This document shows positions 1 to 10,999 of a stretch of 32,000 nucleotides of DNA, piece after piece. The translations under genes and the position numbers were made by a program. This DNA is from Mycobacterium leprae TN. GTDB lineage: Bacteria > Actinomycetota > Actinomycetes > Mycobacteriales > Mycobacteriaceae. The notes beneath the pieces are model-generated. The model searched no databases, had not been told where the DNA came from, and saw only the letters and a list, made by a program, of their open reading frames with translations. Numbering within the stretch: the stretch's first letter is position 1; each line of letters starts with the position of its first letter. The stretch lies in NCBI RefSeq assembly GCF_000195855.1, contig NC_002677.1, positions 2,550,001 to 2,582,000 of the forward strand, given 5' to 3'.

Positions 1-799
1 GCCTAGACCACGAATACGGCTGACTCCCCTCGATACCCTTTGTTGCGGGATACTCGGGCCATGACCACCAGCAATTCTGCTACTACAACCGTTGGTGGTC
101 CGCAACTTAACACCTTCGAGTTCATAGGCTTGCCTATCGTAGACCGGTGTAGCCACCGAGGCGAGGCGGGCTGGATCTACGCTTCGATAAGCAGAAACGG
201 CACCAGCGGCACACCGCGGCAAGAACATCCGCTTCTGTTACGAGATCCCAGCAAGCTTTAGTAGTTCGGCTAATTCCAATAAACTGGTAAACTATATACA
301 GTACGCCGAGACTGGGGTAACGCTGGTAGTCATCATCAGCGCACAGCTGTAGGCTACTTGCGACATGTGCAAACCGCCATACTCCGGTCTGTATATTCAT
401 GCATGCCGAAGCAACCCAGGCCGACAAAGTCTTTCACGTATTCATCAGGAATCTGCGCATCGCACTCGATAACACTCCCGTCAACGGCGACAAGAAACTG
501 CTGCAGCTGGTCCAAAAACGCGGCTGTACGAGCCGCTTCGACATCGAACGGCTTAGGAGACGGATGTACGAGTTGGAAAAAGTGACCAAAGAACAGTTTT
601 TTGACTAAATCTACTCTATACCAACAACTTTCACAGTATGCTTCGGCGAGGGTTCGTGCTTTCTCCTGAATAACCTCTACTTACTTCCCCATCACTAACG
701 ACTTAGCACAACGTTTTGGATACCCCACTCCCTGCCCACATGCTATAATGCACCGATGTCCTAAGGATTAGGTATAAGTTCTTCCATCAGCTGTGAGCT

Positions 800-1920
800 G
801 GTGCACGTCGCTGCCGAACGAAGTGGATAAGCCGTGTCGAAGCTGCATGTACCGGGGTCGACAGACTTGAAACACCGCCATCGGCCTCAGACATCAGCAG
901 CTAGTCAGCCACCAAACACAGTCGCGAAGAACTGGGCTTCAGCCTCGGCGATTTCGGTGTGGATTGCGTGGCAGTCCACACTCAGAGCATCGATGTATGC
1001 TTCGGGAAACTCGTTGCTTCTCCCTGGGTGCACTCATCGCCGAAAACCTCGTGGTCGACATCGCTGGGTAGGACGTTGAACTTGGCGCAGGAAAATGTTG
1101 GAGGCAGCGAATTCGGTCTTCCGCTTGGAGGATAATTGGTGTCATAGGCACAGACAGTGCTATAGTCGGGCAGTCTCAACTGATGCAATCCAGCCTCGTC
1201 CATACCTAAGTTCTGGAGAACACCGGGAGCCATCACAAAAAAACTACTTTGATTCGTGGGTCTGTGACGTCAAAAGCTGGGGCGGCGTCCAGCGGTAGCT
1301 GGTCTCGAATGTCTGCTGGGATCGCTAAATGGTTTTTCACGCCCTACTGGAAGGCCAGGAATTGCTCAGTGTTGACTCGCGTACCGCCGATCCACAGCGA
1401 CGTGAATCCCCCTACGAGTGCCCGGCCACTCCAATCCTTTTGTAGTCCTTTTGTAGTCCACCAATGTACCTCTAAACTGATTTGCCAACAAAGAAATTCG
1501 CGGTAAAGGTCAAGTCCTTTGTCCGCTGACAAAGTTTGCTAGTTAGGTAATCCATGATCGAGTGATAAGTGTTGGCACGGTAATGATTGATTGCAGCCAC
1601 CACGTACCCACGACTGGCCAGTGCCTAAGAACACCACACGTACTGCATGCCCGTTATTTCCGCGGCCATACGAGAACCAGATCAGCGAATTCCGGTAACC
1701 GTCGAGCACCGGCGGCAATTCGCGGTAGAAGTCCAGTTTGGTGAAAACGGCATCTGGAATGGAACGGCTTGTCCGATGGATCTGGGCCCTGAGTCGGGAA
1801 AAAACGTTCAATACCCGGTGCCACACACACTCTGAGGATTGCTCTCGTCGATGAAACTGACCTGTCGGAGGCCAACTCGGTACGTTGACGCCACCCGGGT
1901 GTCCTCGGGCACAAGAAGTC
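800..1920. pseudogene. Unidentified decayed coding region(s), possibly including an exported/lipoprotein-like relic on the minus strand (982-1236)
   Basis: Only short overlapping ORFs on both strands. Minus-strand fragment ...VCAYDTNYPPSGR...FSCAKFNVLPSDVDHEVFGDECTQGEATSF... has spaced cysteines like secreted actinobacterial proteins. No confident family. Confidence 0.2.
1435..1458. repeat. 11-bp tandem duplication
   Basis: TCCTTTTGTAG x2 followed by TCC. Confidence 0.93.
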
Positions 1921-2010
1921 AAGGCACCCTAGGAGAGGAAGCCAGCCACAATGAGAAAGACGACGCTGCGCAGCGCTGCCTTCAAGCTAATCAACCCACT
2001 AAGACCCCCA

Positions 2011-2421
2011 CTACGCGTCGAACTCGCGGGCCACCGCCTTGACCACCTCAGATACCCTCCTGGCCGTTTTGCGATCCGGGTAGCGGCCTTTACGCAATTC
2101 GGGCTGCACCGTGCTCTCCAGCAAAGTGATCATATCTTCGACCATGCCGTGCAGTTCATCCGGGCTGTGCCTGTGCTCGGCCAGCGCCTCGCGGCGCACT
2201 TGGCGAGCAAAGCTCGGTGGCGGATCAATCAACTTGAGGCTCAATGCTTGCGGCCCACGCCGGCCAGAAGCCACGCCAAACTCTACCCGTTGCCCGGCTT
2301 TGAGCCCCTCGACACCCGCGGGCAACGCCGACGAGCGAACATAGACGTCTTCGCCATCCTCCTGTGAAAGGAAGCCAAACCCCTTGTCGGCGTCATACCA
2401 CTTCACCTTGCCGGTCGGCAC
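2011..2421 (-). CDS. cspB: Cold-shock protein, CspB-type with C-terminal extension (136 aa, GTG start)
   Basis: [59 protein letters not shown] is the cold-shock domain ([14 protein letters not shown]1-like motif). GTG at 2421 is preceded by an AGGTGAG-like RBS. The longer ORF to 2613 lacks homology upstream. Confidence 0.93.
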   Translation of the reverse strand: MPTGKVKWYDADKGFGFLSQEDGEDVYVRSSALPAGVEGLKAGQRVEFGVASGRRGPQALSLKLIDPPPSFARQVRREALAEHRHSPDELHGMVEDMITLLESTVQPELRKGRYPDRKTARRVSEVVKAVAREFDA

Positions 2422-2587
2422 TGGTCTCACCTGCTTGTCTAACAGATCACTAAGATGGACAACAGAACAAACGTCCCGCCTACGTAGGCGGGACACAATG
2501 TTAGTTTCCAATCTTACTCGGGCAGTTGCCCGCGAAGCACCCAGATTAGCCGTTACCCAGTAGGGTGGCACTACCGCTGAAGGAGAT

Positions 2588-2992
2588 ATGCGGCCTGATC
2601 CTAAACACGTCACCTAACTGGTTTTCGGCAGCCTCTGGTTGGTCCTCTGCCACTTACTTGCAGCAATTATCAGCTTCTCGCTAATCGTCCACCATCCCCT
2701 TCGGCCTCGAAGCTTTGCGCATAGCGTCTTACGCGTTGTGGCCATTCGACCGGACGATAGTCAACAAGCCAGGAGCCGGGACGAGAGCTCTCGTCGGCAA
2801 CACCATCTGAGTACTGCCGTTCGGGTTATGGTTGACGATCAGGCACCTGCTCAGTGTCGCGGCGATGGCGGTCACGATCGTCGGTATTCCGCTGACGTTG
2901 ACTAACTCCAAGCTCATCCCGGTTCCGCTGGTTCTGCTGGGCAAAAAACATCGTCGAAGTCGGCTCGTCAACTCGATTCGAACGAGTACCCG
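2588..2992 (+). pseudogene. YccF/DUF307-like integral membrane protein pseudogene (Rv0870c-like)
   Basis: AAGGAG then ATG at 2588. Across frames: MRLILN-type start, SLWLVLCHLLAAIISFSLIV, ALWPFDRTIVNKPGAGTRALVGNTI*VLPFGLWLTI, RHLLSVAAMAVTIVGIPLTLTNSKLIPVPLVLLGK. The stop and frame changes disrupt it. Confidence 0.7.
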
Positions 2993-2993
2993 T

Positions 2994-4050
2994 ATGACAC
3001 TGACCGCGTCGGGAGTGCCAACAATACCTGGCCACACACTAGAGCCGGATGAACCACCACGCCTCCGCTCAAGGACGTGCCGCGATAGCCCTAGTAGTGG
3101 ACTACATGCGGCAGGAGAGCCAACGAACTGCGGGTATCACTCACCAACTCTGCGTTGCATCTAGTTGCACATACCTACAGCAGACCTGGAGGATAACTAC
3201 GAGGCCAGTAACTGCCGCAGCGAGACGAGCTTACCAGGCTCACGAGCATCGCGGTCACCCGGCTCGACGTCACCAACATCCGGTTCACCGGTAGTGAGTC
3301 GCTCTTGGCCCGGCACTTCGAAGAGGTAATCGCAGCAGCGGCCAGTTTGCGTCCCCGCCCAGAGAGCTCGTTGACCACCAACGGTGTAGGACTGACCCGG
3401 AAATGCTGGCACTCTGGCTGACGCGGGCCTGGAATGAATCGACATGTCTATGGACAGGGTGGACCAGAACAACTTTACGACCATCACCCGTCGCGAACAA
3501 CTCGCTGACGTGATGACCCGGCTTAGCCGTAATGAATCACACAGATCTCCCGCTGTTCAAGGCGAATTCGGTGTTGAACCAGACAAGCGGCCGCAAGCAT
3601 GTCGTCGAGCTGTTGCGGTTTTGTACTGAACCGGAGCTTATCAGTTGCGGGTTATCAAGGCAGATACAGCTGGACGCTGGGCACCAATGACAATGTGAGG
3701 ACGCACTAAACTACTGACGCACTAAACTACTATAACGTGCTAGAGTAGCACTACGGCCCCAATTCCTTCCCCAGTTGTGACAGAACCCGGCGCCGCAAGG
3801 CTAGACTCCGGCTGAACTTTGGCTGGTTAACACAGGCCTTGAAACACCGTCCGGAAAGTTTGGCGTCATCAAGTCAGTGTCGCATGCTTTCTGTGCAAGC
3901 TGCAACCTTGCCCTGCTGACAGCCGACAACCAAATCCGCAGTTGTTTTTTTCTCGAGTCAGGAGACCGACCTTCGTAGCCTGCTGGCCACAGCATAAACA
4001 AGCCCAACTTCGTCCAGCCCAATCGCCCGATGAGCGTAATCGATGCGCTT
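2994..4050 (+). pseudogene. moaA2: Molybdenum cofactor biosynthesis protein A (MoaA2) pseudogene
   Basis: Fragments in different frames: MTLTASGVPTI (N-term), TRLDVTNIRFTGSESLLARHFEEVIAAAASLRPRPESSLTTNGVGLTRK, DRVDQNNFTTITRREQLADV, C-terminal KPAGHSINKPNFVQPNRPMSVID. Radical-SAM cysteine region not intact. Confidence 0.8.
3700..3731. repeat. 16-bp perfect tandem duplication
   Basis: GACGCACTAAACTACT x2. Confidence 0.97.
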
Positions 4051-4317
4051 AAGACACCCGGACCAATCCGTCGGAATTCGGGTCAATGTGCTAAACCACG
4101 TAGCCGCGCGAGTAACCACAGGTACCGAATCGGAGACAATGACATTACGGCCGGCCGCCACGGTCGCCGAGCTGGTAGCGAGCCTTGCGGGCCAGGGTTC
4201 GCGCCTCGCTACGATTTTGAGCCTATGCGCTCATATCGCATCACGGTGCGCGACCAGACCATAGCGCTGCGCTCCAATGACACAATCGACGTTTTGCCGC
4301 CTTCTATAGGCGGATGA
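4040..4317 (+). pseudogene. moaD2: Molybdopterin synthase small subunit MoaD2 pseudogene
   Basis: MTLRPAATVAELVASLAGQGSRLATILSLCAHI in one frame continues as YRITVRDQTIALRSNDTIDVLPPSIGG* in another. C-terminal double Gly retained. Confidence 0.8.
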
Positions 4318-4539
4318 GATTGTGACTTTCAGCATATAACAGAAAATATGACGTGGGAACAGGATGGCATCGAACCCCTCGCAAGCTGGGCCAATAACTT
4401 CAGATATTGGTCTCTTGTCATATAACAACAACCGAAACGCCAAGTTTCTCAACACGTGACGAGAGCGCCTGCAGCCGCTACCTTCTGCGAAGGCTCGTCA
4501 AGCTAGCCAGTGGCGTTCTTCCCTCCCCAAAGTACCAAT

Positions 4540-5269
<730 letters not shown>

Positions 5270-5381
5270 CAGACCTCGAGCATCGGCTACATACAGCAAC
5301 TGTGGCAAGCGATCCGGGCCGGAAGACGTGCACAGAAACGGCGCGCTGGCCGCACTGGCCCAGCCGGCCATCCTCAGCTAA
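5270..5381 (+). pseudogene. rpfA: Orphaned C-terminal coding remnant of rpfA downstream of the present stop
   Basis: Reading on in frame after TAG (5267-5269): QTSSIGYIQQLWQAIRA, then a frameshift into PEDVHRNGALAALAQPAILS*. This resembles the M. tuberculosis RpfA C-terminus (NIAYTKKLWQAIRAQDVCGNDALDSLAQPYVIG, from memory). Confidence 0.7.
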
Positions 5382-5383
5382 CA

Positions 5384-5755
5384 CTAGGCCGAGCCCACGC
5401 ACTCGCCCGGCACCGTCCATCGACGAACTGATGCTTCCACACCGGTAGCCGCCCCCCTAAATATTATTATGGGGCCAACCAGATTAGGGGAATGCCCCTG
5501 TCGATAGCGAGCCGCGACCGCACGCACCCTGTTGGACTGCTCAACCAACACATCAATGAACACCTGGGCGACCGGCGGATGTGCGAAATAGGCGACCCGC
5601 AACACCCGACGTCTGCCGTCATAGTAGCGGATCATTCCAACGAAAACGACGATGGATCCGACCAGCTGATGATTCAACTAGATACTCATGCTCGGCCAGT
5701 GAGATCGGCTGATCGTTTATAGCGGCGGGCAGCACCAGCATCATCATTGGCGATC
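5384..5755 (-). pseudogene. moaE2: Molybdopterin synthase large subunit MoaE2 pseudogene
   Basis: NDQPISLAEHEYLVESSAG in one minus frame, then LVGSIVVFVGMIRYYDGRRRVLRVAYFAHPPVAQVFIDVL...RVRAVAARYRQG in another. Confidence 0.8.
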
Positions 5756-6180
5756 TCCGCCGGCGAATTGATCGAGCACGTGGTCCAGCACATCGGCACA
5801 TATGGCAAGGTCGTCACGCACCCGCCGGGCGATAGCACCTACGTCGGTACCTTCGACAACCCGCTGCGGCGGATGATGTCATCCTCATGTAATCCACCAG
5901 CACAACCATAGTCTGGTCCGGGGTACTATACACTAGGCGAAATATCGTTACCACCCGAGGTGATGATCACGTCGACACACGCGTCGACCGCGTCGCGCAG
6001 TGCCTCACCAACCGAGTTCCCATCGGCAACCATCTACGGTTGCACTGGCGAAAAGCCATGCTCTCCAAGGCATTCGACGATGATTAGCCCGAATTGGCCG
6101 TCATACCCACCGGCCGACGCCCGAGTATTGAGTACGAATAATGCAGGCGGATCAGCCGCACATCACCGTGCCCAAGTTCC
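5740..6180 (-). pseudogene. mog: Molybdenum cofactor (Mog/MoaB family) protein pseudogene
   Basis: Minus-strand reading: SALVV..TRASAGGYDGQFGLIIVECLGEHGFSPVQP*MVADGNSVGEALRDAVDACVDVIITSGGNDISPS. VIITSGG.DISPSD is the family motif. In-frame stop and later frameshifts. Confidence 0.75.
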
Positions 6181-6650
6181 GCGTTTGCCGCTCTCCTTGC
6201 GGAGCATCCATAATGCTATAAATGCAGGCCGGATCAACCGCTTTAGCCATGTCGTAGAGTGTTAGTCCTGCCATACTGACGGCAGTCAACTCCTCCATAG
6301 TCACGCCTGCACGGTCGGTGCTATACATCGTCCAGGGTGATCTCGATATCCGTAGTCGACGACGGTGAAATCCACACCAACACCGGTGAGGGCGAACTGG
6401 TGGCATAGCGGGATCAGGTCACTGGTGGGTTTGACCGCCAGAATACCCGCCACCCACTCGGTAGCCAGCGCATCACCTTTTGATGAGCCAGGCTGCCGGT
6501 CGAGATCAACGGCCACCACGTGCACCTGGGTGTGCAAGGCTCCCGCGTCAACAGCAGTAAGCCTGTGGCGATCTTCTCGGTAACGTCCCCGACCCCATGT
6601 TGCACCGCCCCTCGCTTTTTCAAGTATTGAGACAACAGAACCGAGCGGGA
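6180..6650 (-). pseudogene. moaC2: Cyclic pyranopterin monophosphate synthase MoaC2 pseudogene
   Basis: [32 protein letters not shown] (6301-6804 ORF) and [26 protein letters not shown] (6152-6406 ORF) lie in separate frames. SDLIPLCHP and MEALTAV..ALTLYDM are MoaC motifs. Confidence 0.85.
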
Positions 6651-6715
6651 TTCCTCCCGACCCGCATGTCGCAGCAGACCTAGGCGCTTCAGCGGCCCTA
6701 GCCATCTCGACGGCC

Positions 6716-6940
6716 CTACCGGTTAACAACAGTAACCGGGTGCACGTAGGGCAGGTCGTCAGCGGGCACCGGAAACACCAGGTCGCCGAATGGCGATAAC
6801 GCACCGGCGCAATCGGTCACCAATTCGCTTACAGCGTGGTGGTCTGGATCAGTCGTCGGCCAGCCGTTGTCTACGTATCTGCTTTTATGCGCCTTGCTCT
6901 TAGCAATGTCAGCCACGACATAGTAGTTTACAGATTTCAT
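6716..6940 (-). CDS. Small hypothetical protein (74 aa), possible Rv0863-like
   Basis: [74 protein letters not shown]. Complete ORF with protein-like composition in the syntenic slot between moaC2 and the helicase-associated gene. Confidence 0.4.
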   Translation of the reverse strand: MKSVNYYVVADIAKSKAHKSRYVDNGWPTTDPDHHAVSELVTDCAGALSPFGDLVFPVPADDLPYVHPVTVVNR

Positions 6941-7037
6941 ACTCGCATGTGACGCGAAGCACCGCGCTGCAGGTCTTGCTCACCCGCTGAGTCACTCAGC
7001 ATTGCGTCACACCTCGCTGGCTTTACGCTGGTCAGCA

Positions 7038-9299
7038 ATGACCGACAACACCCCGGATATCCCGCTGGGATCCTGGCTGGCCGACTTGTCCGACGAGCGG
7101 CTGATCCAGCTACTGGAGCTGCGACCCGACCTGGCCCAACCGCCACCTGGCAGTATCGCGGCGCTAGCTGCGCGGGCACAGGCCCGTCAATCAATCAAAG
7201 CTGCCACCGACGAACTCAACTTCTTGCAATTCGCGGTGATCGATGCACTGCTGGTACTGCAGGCCGATAGCACGCCGGTACCGACCACCAAGCTAAAGGC
7301 GCTGATCGGCGACCGCGCTCCCCAGGCCGACGTGGTCAGCGCACTAGATAACCTTCGGCAACGCGCCCTGGCCTGGGGTGAGACCACAGTCCGGATAGCT
7401 GCTGCCGCTGCCGCGGCGTTGCCGTGGCATCCGGGGCAAGTCACACTCGAGGACATCTCGAGCACCGGCGAACAAATCGCCGAGCTGATCGCTCGCCTCA
7501 GTCAAACCCAACGGGACGTGCTGCAGAAATTGCTCGAAGGGTCCCCACTGGGGCGCACCCGCGACGCCGCGCCCGGAGCTCCACCCGATCGGCCGGTGCC
7601 ACAGCTGCTCGCGATGGGTCTGCTACGACGCATCGATGCCGATACGGTGATTCTGCCCCGCCGCGTCGGGCAGGTGCTACGCGGCGAGCAATCCGGTCCA
7701 ACGCAGCTGACGCAGCCGTATCCGGTGGTTTCGGTAACCACACCCAACGACGCCGACGCCGAAGCAGCCGGGGCAGTCATCGAGGCACTGCACGAACTCG
7801 ACGTACTGCTCGAGACCCTCGGCAGCGCACCGGTTTACGAACTACGCAACGGCGGATTGGGAGTTCGTGAATTCAAGCGGCTAGCCAAAGCTACCGGCAT
7901 CAACGAGCCGCGACTGGGCTTGCTCCTCGAGGTCACGGCCGCGGCTGGATTAATAGCCAGCGGCATACCCGATCCAGAGCCAGCCACTGGTGACAGCCCT
8001 TATTGGGCGCCGACGGTGGCCACTGACCGGTTCACCGCAATGCCTCCCGCGGAGCGTTGGCACCTGCTGGCCAGCACCTGGCTTGACTTGCAGTGCCGGC
8101 CCGCGTTGATCGGCAGCCGCGGACCAGACGCCAAGTCTTATGGCGCCCTGTCAAATTCGTTATACTCTACGGCGGCACCGCTGGATCGCAGGCTTTTGCT
8201 CGGCATGCTCGCCGAACTACCAGCCGGAGTCGGTGTCGAAGCAGCCGAGGCGTCGGCGGCGCTGATCTGGCGGCGCCCACGCTGGGCCAGGCGGCTGCAG
8301 CCCGGACCGGTCGCCGATATGTTAGCCGAGGGCCACACTATGGGACTGGTGGGTCGCGGTGCAATCAGCACGCCTGGACGCGCACTGTTGGACGAGGCCA
8401 TTGCCTCCGCCGACCCAGCCATCGCGGTCGCCGCGATGACGCGGGCACTGCCCGAACCGATCGACCACTTTCTCGTGCAAGCCGACCTGACGGTCGTGGT
8501 ACCCGGGCCGTTGCAACGCAATCTTGCCAAGGAACTGGGCACAGTGGCCACCGTCGAATCAGCCGGCACGGCGATGGTGTACCGCATCAGCGAGCAGTCG
8601 ATCCGGCATGCACTCGACATCGGCAAGACTCGCGATTGGATGCATGCACTCTTCACGAATCATTCCAAAACCCCGGTTCCACAAAGGCTCACATATCTCA
8701 TCAATGATGTTGCGCGCCGACATGGCCAGCTCCGGATCGGCATGGCCGCATCGTTCGTCCGGTGCGAAGACCCGGCACTACTGACCCAGACAGTGGCGGC
8801 CGCAGAGGAACTGCAGCTACGGGCCCTAGCTCCGACGGTGGCGGTGTCTCCCGCCCCCATCGCCGAAGTCCTCGTCACGTTGCAGTCCGCAGGGTTCGCC
8901 CCAGCAGCCGAAGACTCCTCCGGTTCCATCGTCGACGTCCGGCCTCGCAGAGCGAGATTGCCCACCCCACAGCATCGGCGGCCATACCGCCCACTGCAGC
9001 GCCCCAACCTTGAGACCCTCAACGCGGTCATCGCGGTACTACGTAAAGTGGCCGCCACACCGTTTGGCGGTATACGCGTCGACCCGACCGTCACCATGTC
9101 GCTGTTGCAACGCGCCACGAAAGAAAAGACCACGCTGGTGATCGGCTATCTCGACGCTGCCGGCATTGCCACCCAACGGATGGTATCGCCTATTGCCATA
9201 CGGGGTGGTCAGCTGGTGGCCTTCGATCCGGGTACCGGGCGGCTACGTGACTTTGTCATCCACCGCATCACGTCAGTGGTGTCGTCCGACAGCCAATAA
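7038..9299 (+). CDS. Helicase-associated / XPB-Ssl2-like domain protein (753 aa), Rv0862c-like
   Basis: ORF 7002-9299, with preferred ATG at 7038 (MTDNTPDIPLGSWLADLSDERLIQLLELRPDLAQPP). Intact, located directly before the XPB helicase with a 36-nt gap. Confidence 0.9.
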   Translation: MTDNTPDIPLGSWLADLSDERLIQLLELRPDLAQPPPGSIAALAARAQARQSIKAATDELNFLQFAVIDALLVLQADSTPVPTTKLKALIGDRAPQADVVSALDNLRQRALAWGETTVRIAAAAAAALPWHPGQVTLEDISSTGEQIAELIARLSQTQRDVLQKLLEGSPLGRTRDAAPGAPPDRPVPQLLAMGLLRRIDADTVILPRRVGQVLRGEQSGPTQLTQPYPVVSVTTPNDADAEAAGAVIEALHELDVLLETLGSAPVYELRNGGLGVREFKRLAKATGINEPRLGLLLEVTAAAGLIASGIPDPEPATGDSPYWAPTVATDRFTAMPPAERWHLLASTWLDLQCRPALIGSRGPDAKSYGALSNSLYSTAAPLDRRLLLGMLAELPAGVGVEAAEASAALIWRRPRWARRLQPGPVADMLAEGHTMGLVGRGAISTPGRALLDEAIASADPAIAVAAMTRALPEPIDHFLVQADLTVVVPGPLQRNLAKELGTVATVESAGTAMVYRISEQSIRHALDIGKTRDWMHALFTNHSKTPVPQRLTYLINDVARRHGQLRIGMAASFVRCEDPALLTQTVAAAEELQLRALAPTVAVSPAPIAEVLVTLQSAGFAPAAEDSSGSIVDVRPRRARLPTPQHRRPYRPLQRPNLETLNAVIAVLRKVAATPFGGIRVDPTVTMSLLQRATKEKTTLVIGYLDAAGIATQRMVSPIAIRGGQLVAFDPGTGRLRDFVIHRITSVVSSDSQ

Positions 9300-9335
9300 T
9301 GGACTCTCACGAAACGACGAGAAGGAGCAGCACTA

Positions 9336-10985
9336 ATGACCGACGGGCCGTTGATAGTGCAGTCCGATAAAACGGTGCTGCTCGAAGTGAACCATAAGCT
9401 AGCCGATGCGGCACGTGCAGCCATAGCACCGTTCGCCGAGCTGGAACGCGCACCCGAACACGTACACACCTACCGCATCACACCACTAGCGTTGTGGAAC
9501 GCCCGCGCCGCAGGTCATGACGCCGAACAAGTCGTCGACACGTTGATCAGTCATGCGCGCTACGCAGTGCCACAGCCTCTGCTGGTCGACATCGTCGACA
9601 CCATGGCCCGCTATGGGCGGCTGCAACTGGTCAAGAATCCCGCCCACGGCCTGACGCTGGTAAGCCTGGATCGCACGGTACTGGAGGAGGTGTTACATAA
9701 CAAGAAGATCGCACCGATGGTGGGCGGCCGCATCGACGACGACACAGTCGTCGTCCATCCCAGCGAACGTGGCCGGATCAAACAGCTTTTGCTTAAGATC
9801 GGTTGGCCCGCAGAGGATCTCGCTGGTTACGTGGATGGTGAGGCGCACCCGATTATCCTGCATCAGGACGGTTGGCAGCTGCGCGATTACCAGCGGCTAG
9901 CAGCCGATTCATTCTGGTCTGGCGGCTCCGGGGTGGTAGTGCTGCCATGTGGCGCTGGCAAAACGCTAGTGGGGGCGGCCGCGATGGCGAAAACCGGTGC
10001 GACGACGCTCATTTTAGTCACCAACATCGTGGTTGCCCGACAGTGGAAACGCGAGTTGATCACGCACACCTCGCTGACCGAGGACGAGATCGGCGAATAC
10101 TCCGGAGAGCGCAAGGAAATCCGACCGGTGACCATCTCGACCTACCAGATGATCACCCACCGCACCAAAGGAGAGTATCGTCATCTGGAACTCTTCAATA
10201 GCCGCGACTGGGGCCTGATCATCTACGACGAGGTGCATCTGTTGCCCGCACCGGTGTTCCGGATGACCGCTGACCTGCAGTCCAAGCGGCGGCTGGGCCT
10301 GACCGCCACGTTGATCCGCGAAGACGGCCGCGAAGGTGACGTGTTTTCCCTGATCGGCCCGAAACGCTATGACACGCCGTGGAAGGACCTTGAGGAACAA
10401 GGCTGGATCGCGCCAGCAAAGTGCGTCGAAGTCCGGGTCACGTTGACGAATAACGAAAGGATGACCTACGCCACAGCCGAACCCGAAGAACGCTACCGTG
10501 TCTGCTCGACAGCGCATTCGAAGATTGCAGTGGTTAAGTCGGTGCTGAGCCGACACCCCGGCGAGCAAACCCTCGTGATCGGTGCCTACCTGGATCAGCT
10601 CAACGAACTTGGTTCCGAGCTCAACGCTCCAATCATTCAAGGATCAACGAGAACCAAAGAACGCGAAGCGCTATTCGACGCTTTCCGCCGCGGTGAAGTC
10701 TTCACACTGGTGGTCTCCAAGGTTGCCAACTTCTCCATAGATTTGCCGGAAGCCGCTGTTGCGGTACAAGTTTCGGGAACTTTTGGCTCACGTCAAGAGG
10801 AAGCGCAGCGGCTGGGCCGGTTGCTGCGACCTAAGGCCGACGGCGGTGGAGCGATCTTCTACTCCGTGGTTGCCCGCGACAGCCTGGACGCCGAATACGC
10901 CGCACACCGGCAGCGATTCTTAGCCGAGCAAGGCTACAGCTACATCATCCGCGACGCCGACGACCTGCTGGGCCCGGCGATCTAG
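9336..10985 (+). CDS. ercc3: DNA repair helicase XPB/Ercc3 (549 aa)
   Basis: LPCGAGKTLVGAAAM (Walker A), IIYDEVHLLPAPVFR (DEVH), RRLGLTATLIREDGRE, GSRQEEAQRLGRLLRPK. GAGAAGGAG RBS upstream. Confidence 0.97.
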   Translation: MTDGPLIVQSDKTVLLEVNHKLADAARAAIAPFAELERAPEHVHTYRITPLALWNARAAGHDAEQVVDTLISHARYAVPQPLLVDIVDTMARYGRLQLVKNPAHGLTLVSLDRTVLEEVLHNKKIAPMVGGRIDDDTVVVHPSERGRIKQLLLKIGWPAEDLAGYVDGEAHPIILHQDGWQLRDYQRLAADSFWSGGSGVVVLPCGAGKTLVGAAAMAKTGATTLILVTNIVVARQWKRELITHTSLTEDEIGEYSGERKEIRPVTISTYQMITHRTKGEYRHLELFNSRDWGLIIYDEVHLLPAPVFRMTADLQSKRRLGLTATLIREDGREGDVFSLIGPKRYDTPWKDLEEQGWIAPAKCVEVRVTLTNNERMTYATAEPEERYRVCSTAHSKIAVVKSVLSRHPGEQTLVIGAYLDQLNELGSELNAPIIQGSTRTKEREALFDAFRRGEVFTLVVSKVANFSIDLPEAAVAVQVSGTFGSRQEEAQRLGRLLRPKADGGGAIFYSVVARDSLDAEYAAHRQRFLAEQGYSYIIRDADDLLGPAI

Positions 10986-10999
10986 CCTGACAGAGTGAT

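Noticed and set aside
2422-2613. N-terminal extension of the cold-shock ORF up to 2613
   Set aside because: The extra 64 aa lack homology and overlap the divergent YccF-like relic. The GTG at 2421 with RBS matches the normal CspB start.
7187-9133. Multiple antisense/alternative ORFs of 60-204 aa overlapping the 7038-9299 gene
   Set aside because: High-GC shadow ORFs over a well supported long CDS, with Arg/Ala/Ser-rich low-information translations.
10014-10640. 208-aa minus-strand ORF opposite the XPB helicase
   Set aside because: Antisense shadow of helicase motifs; no independent family signature.
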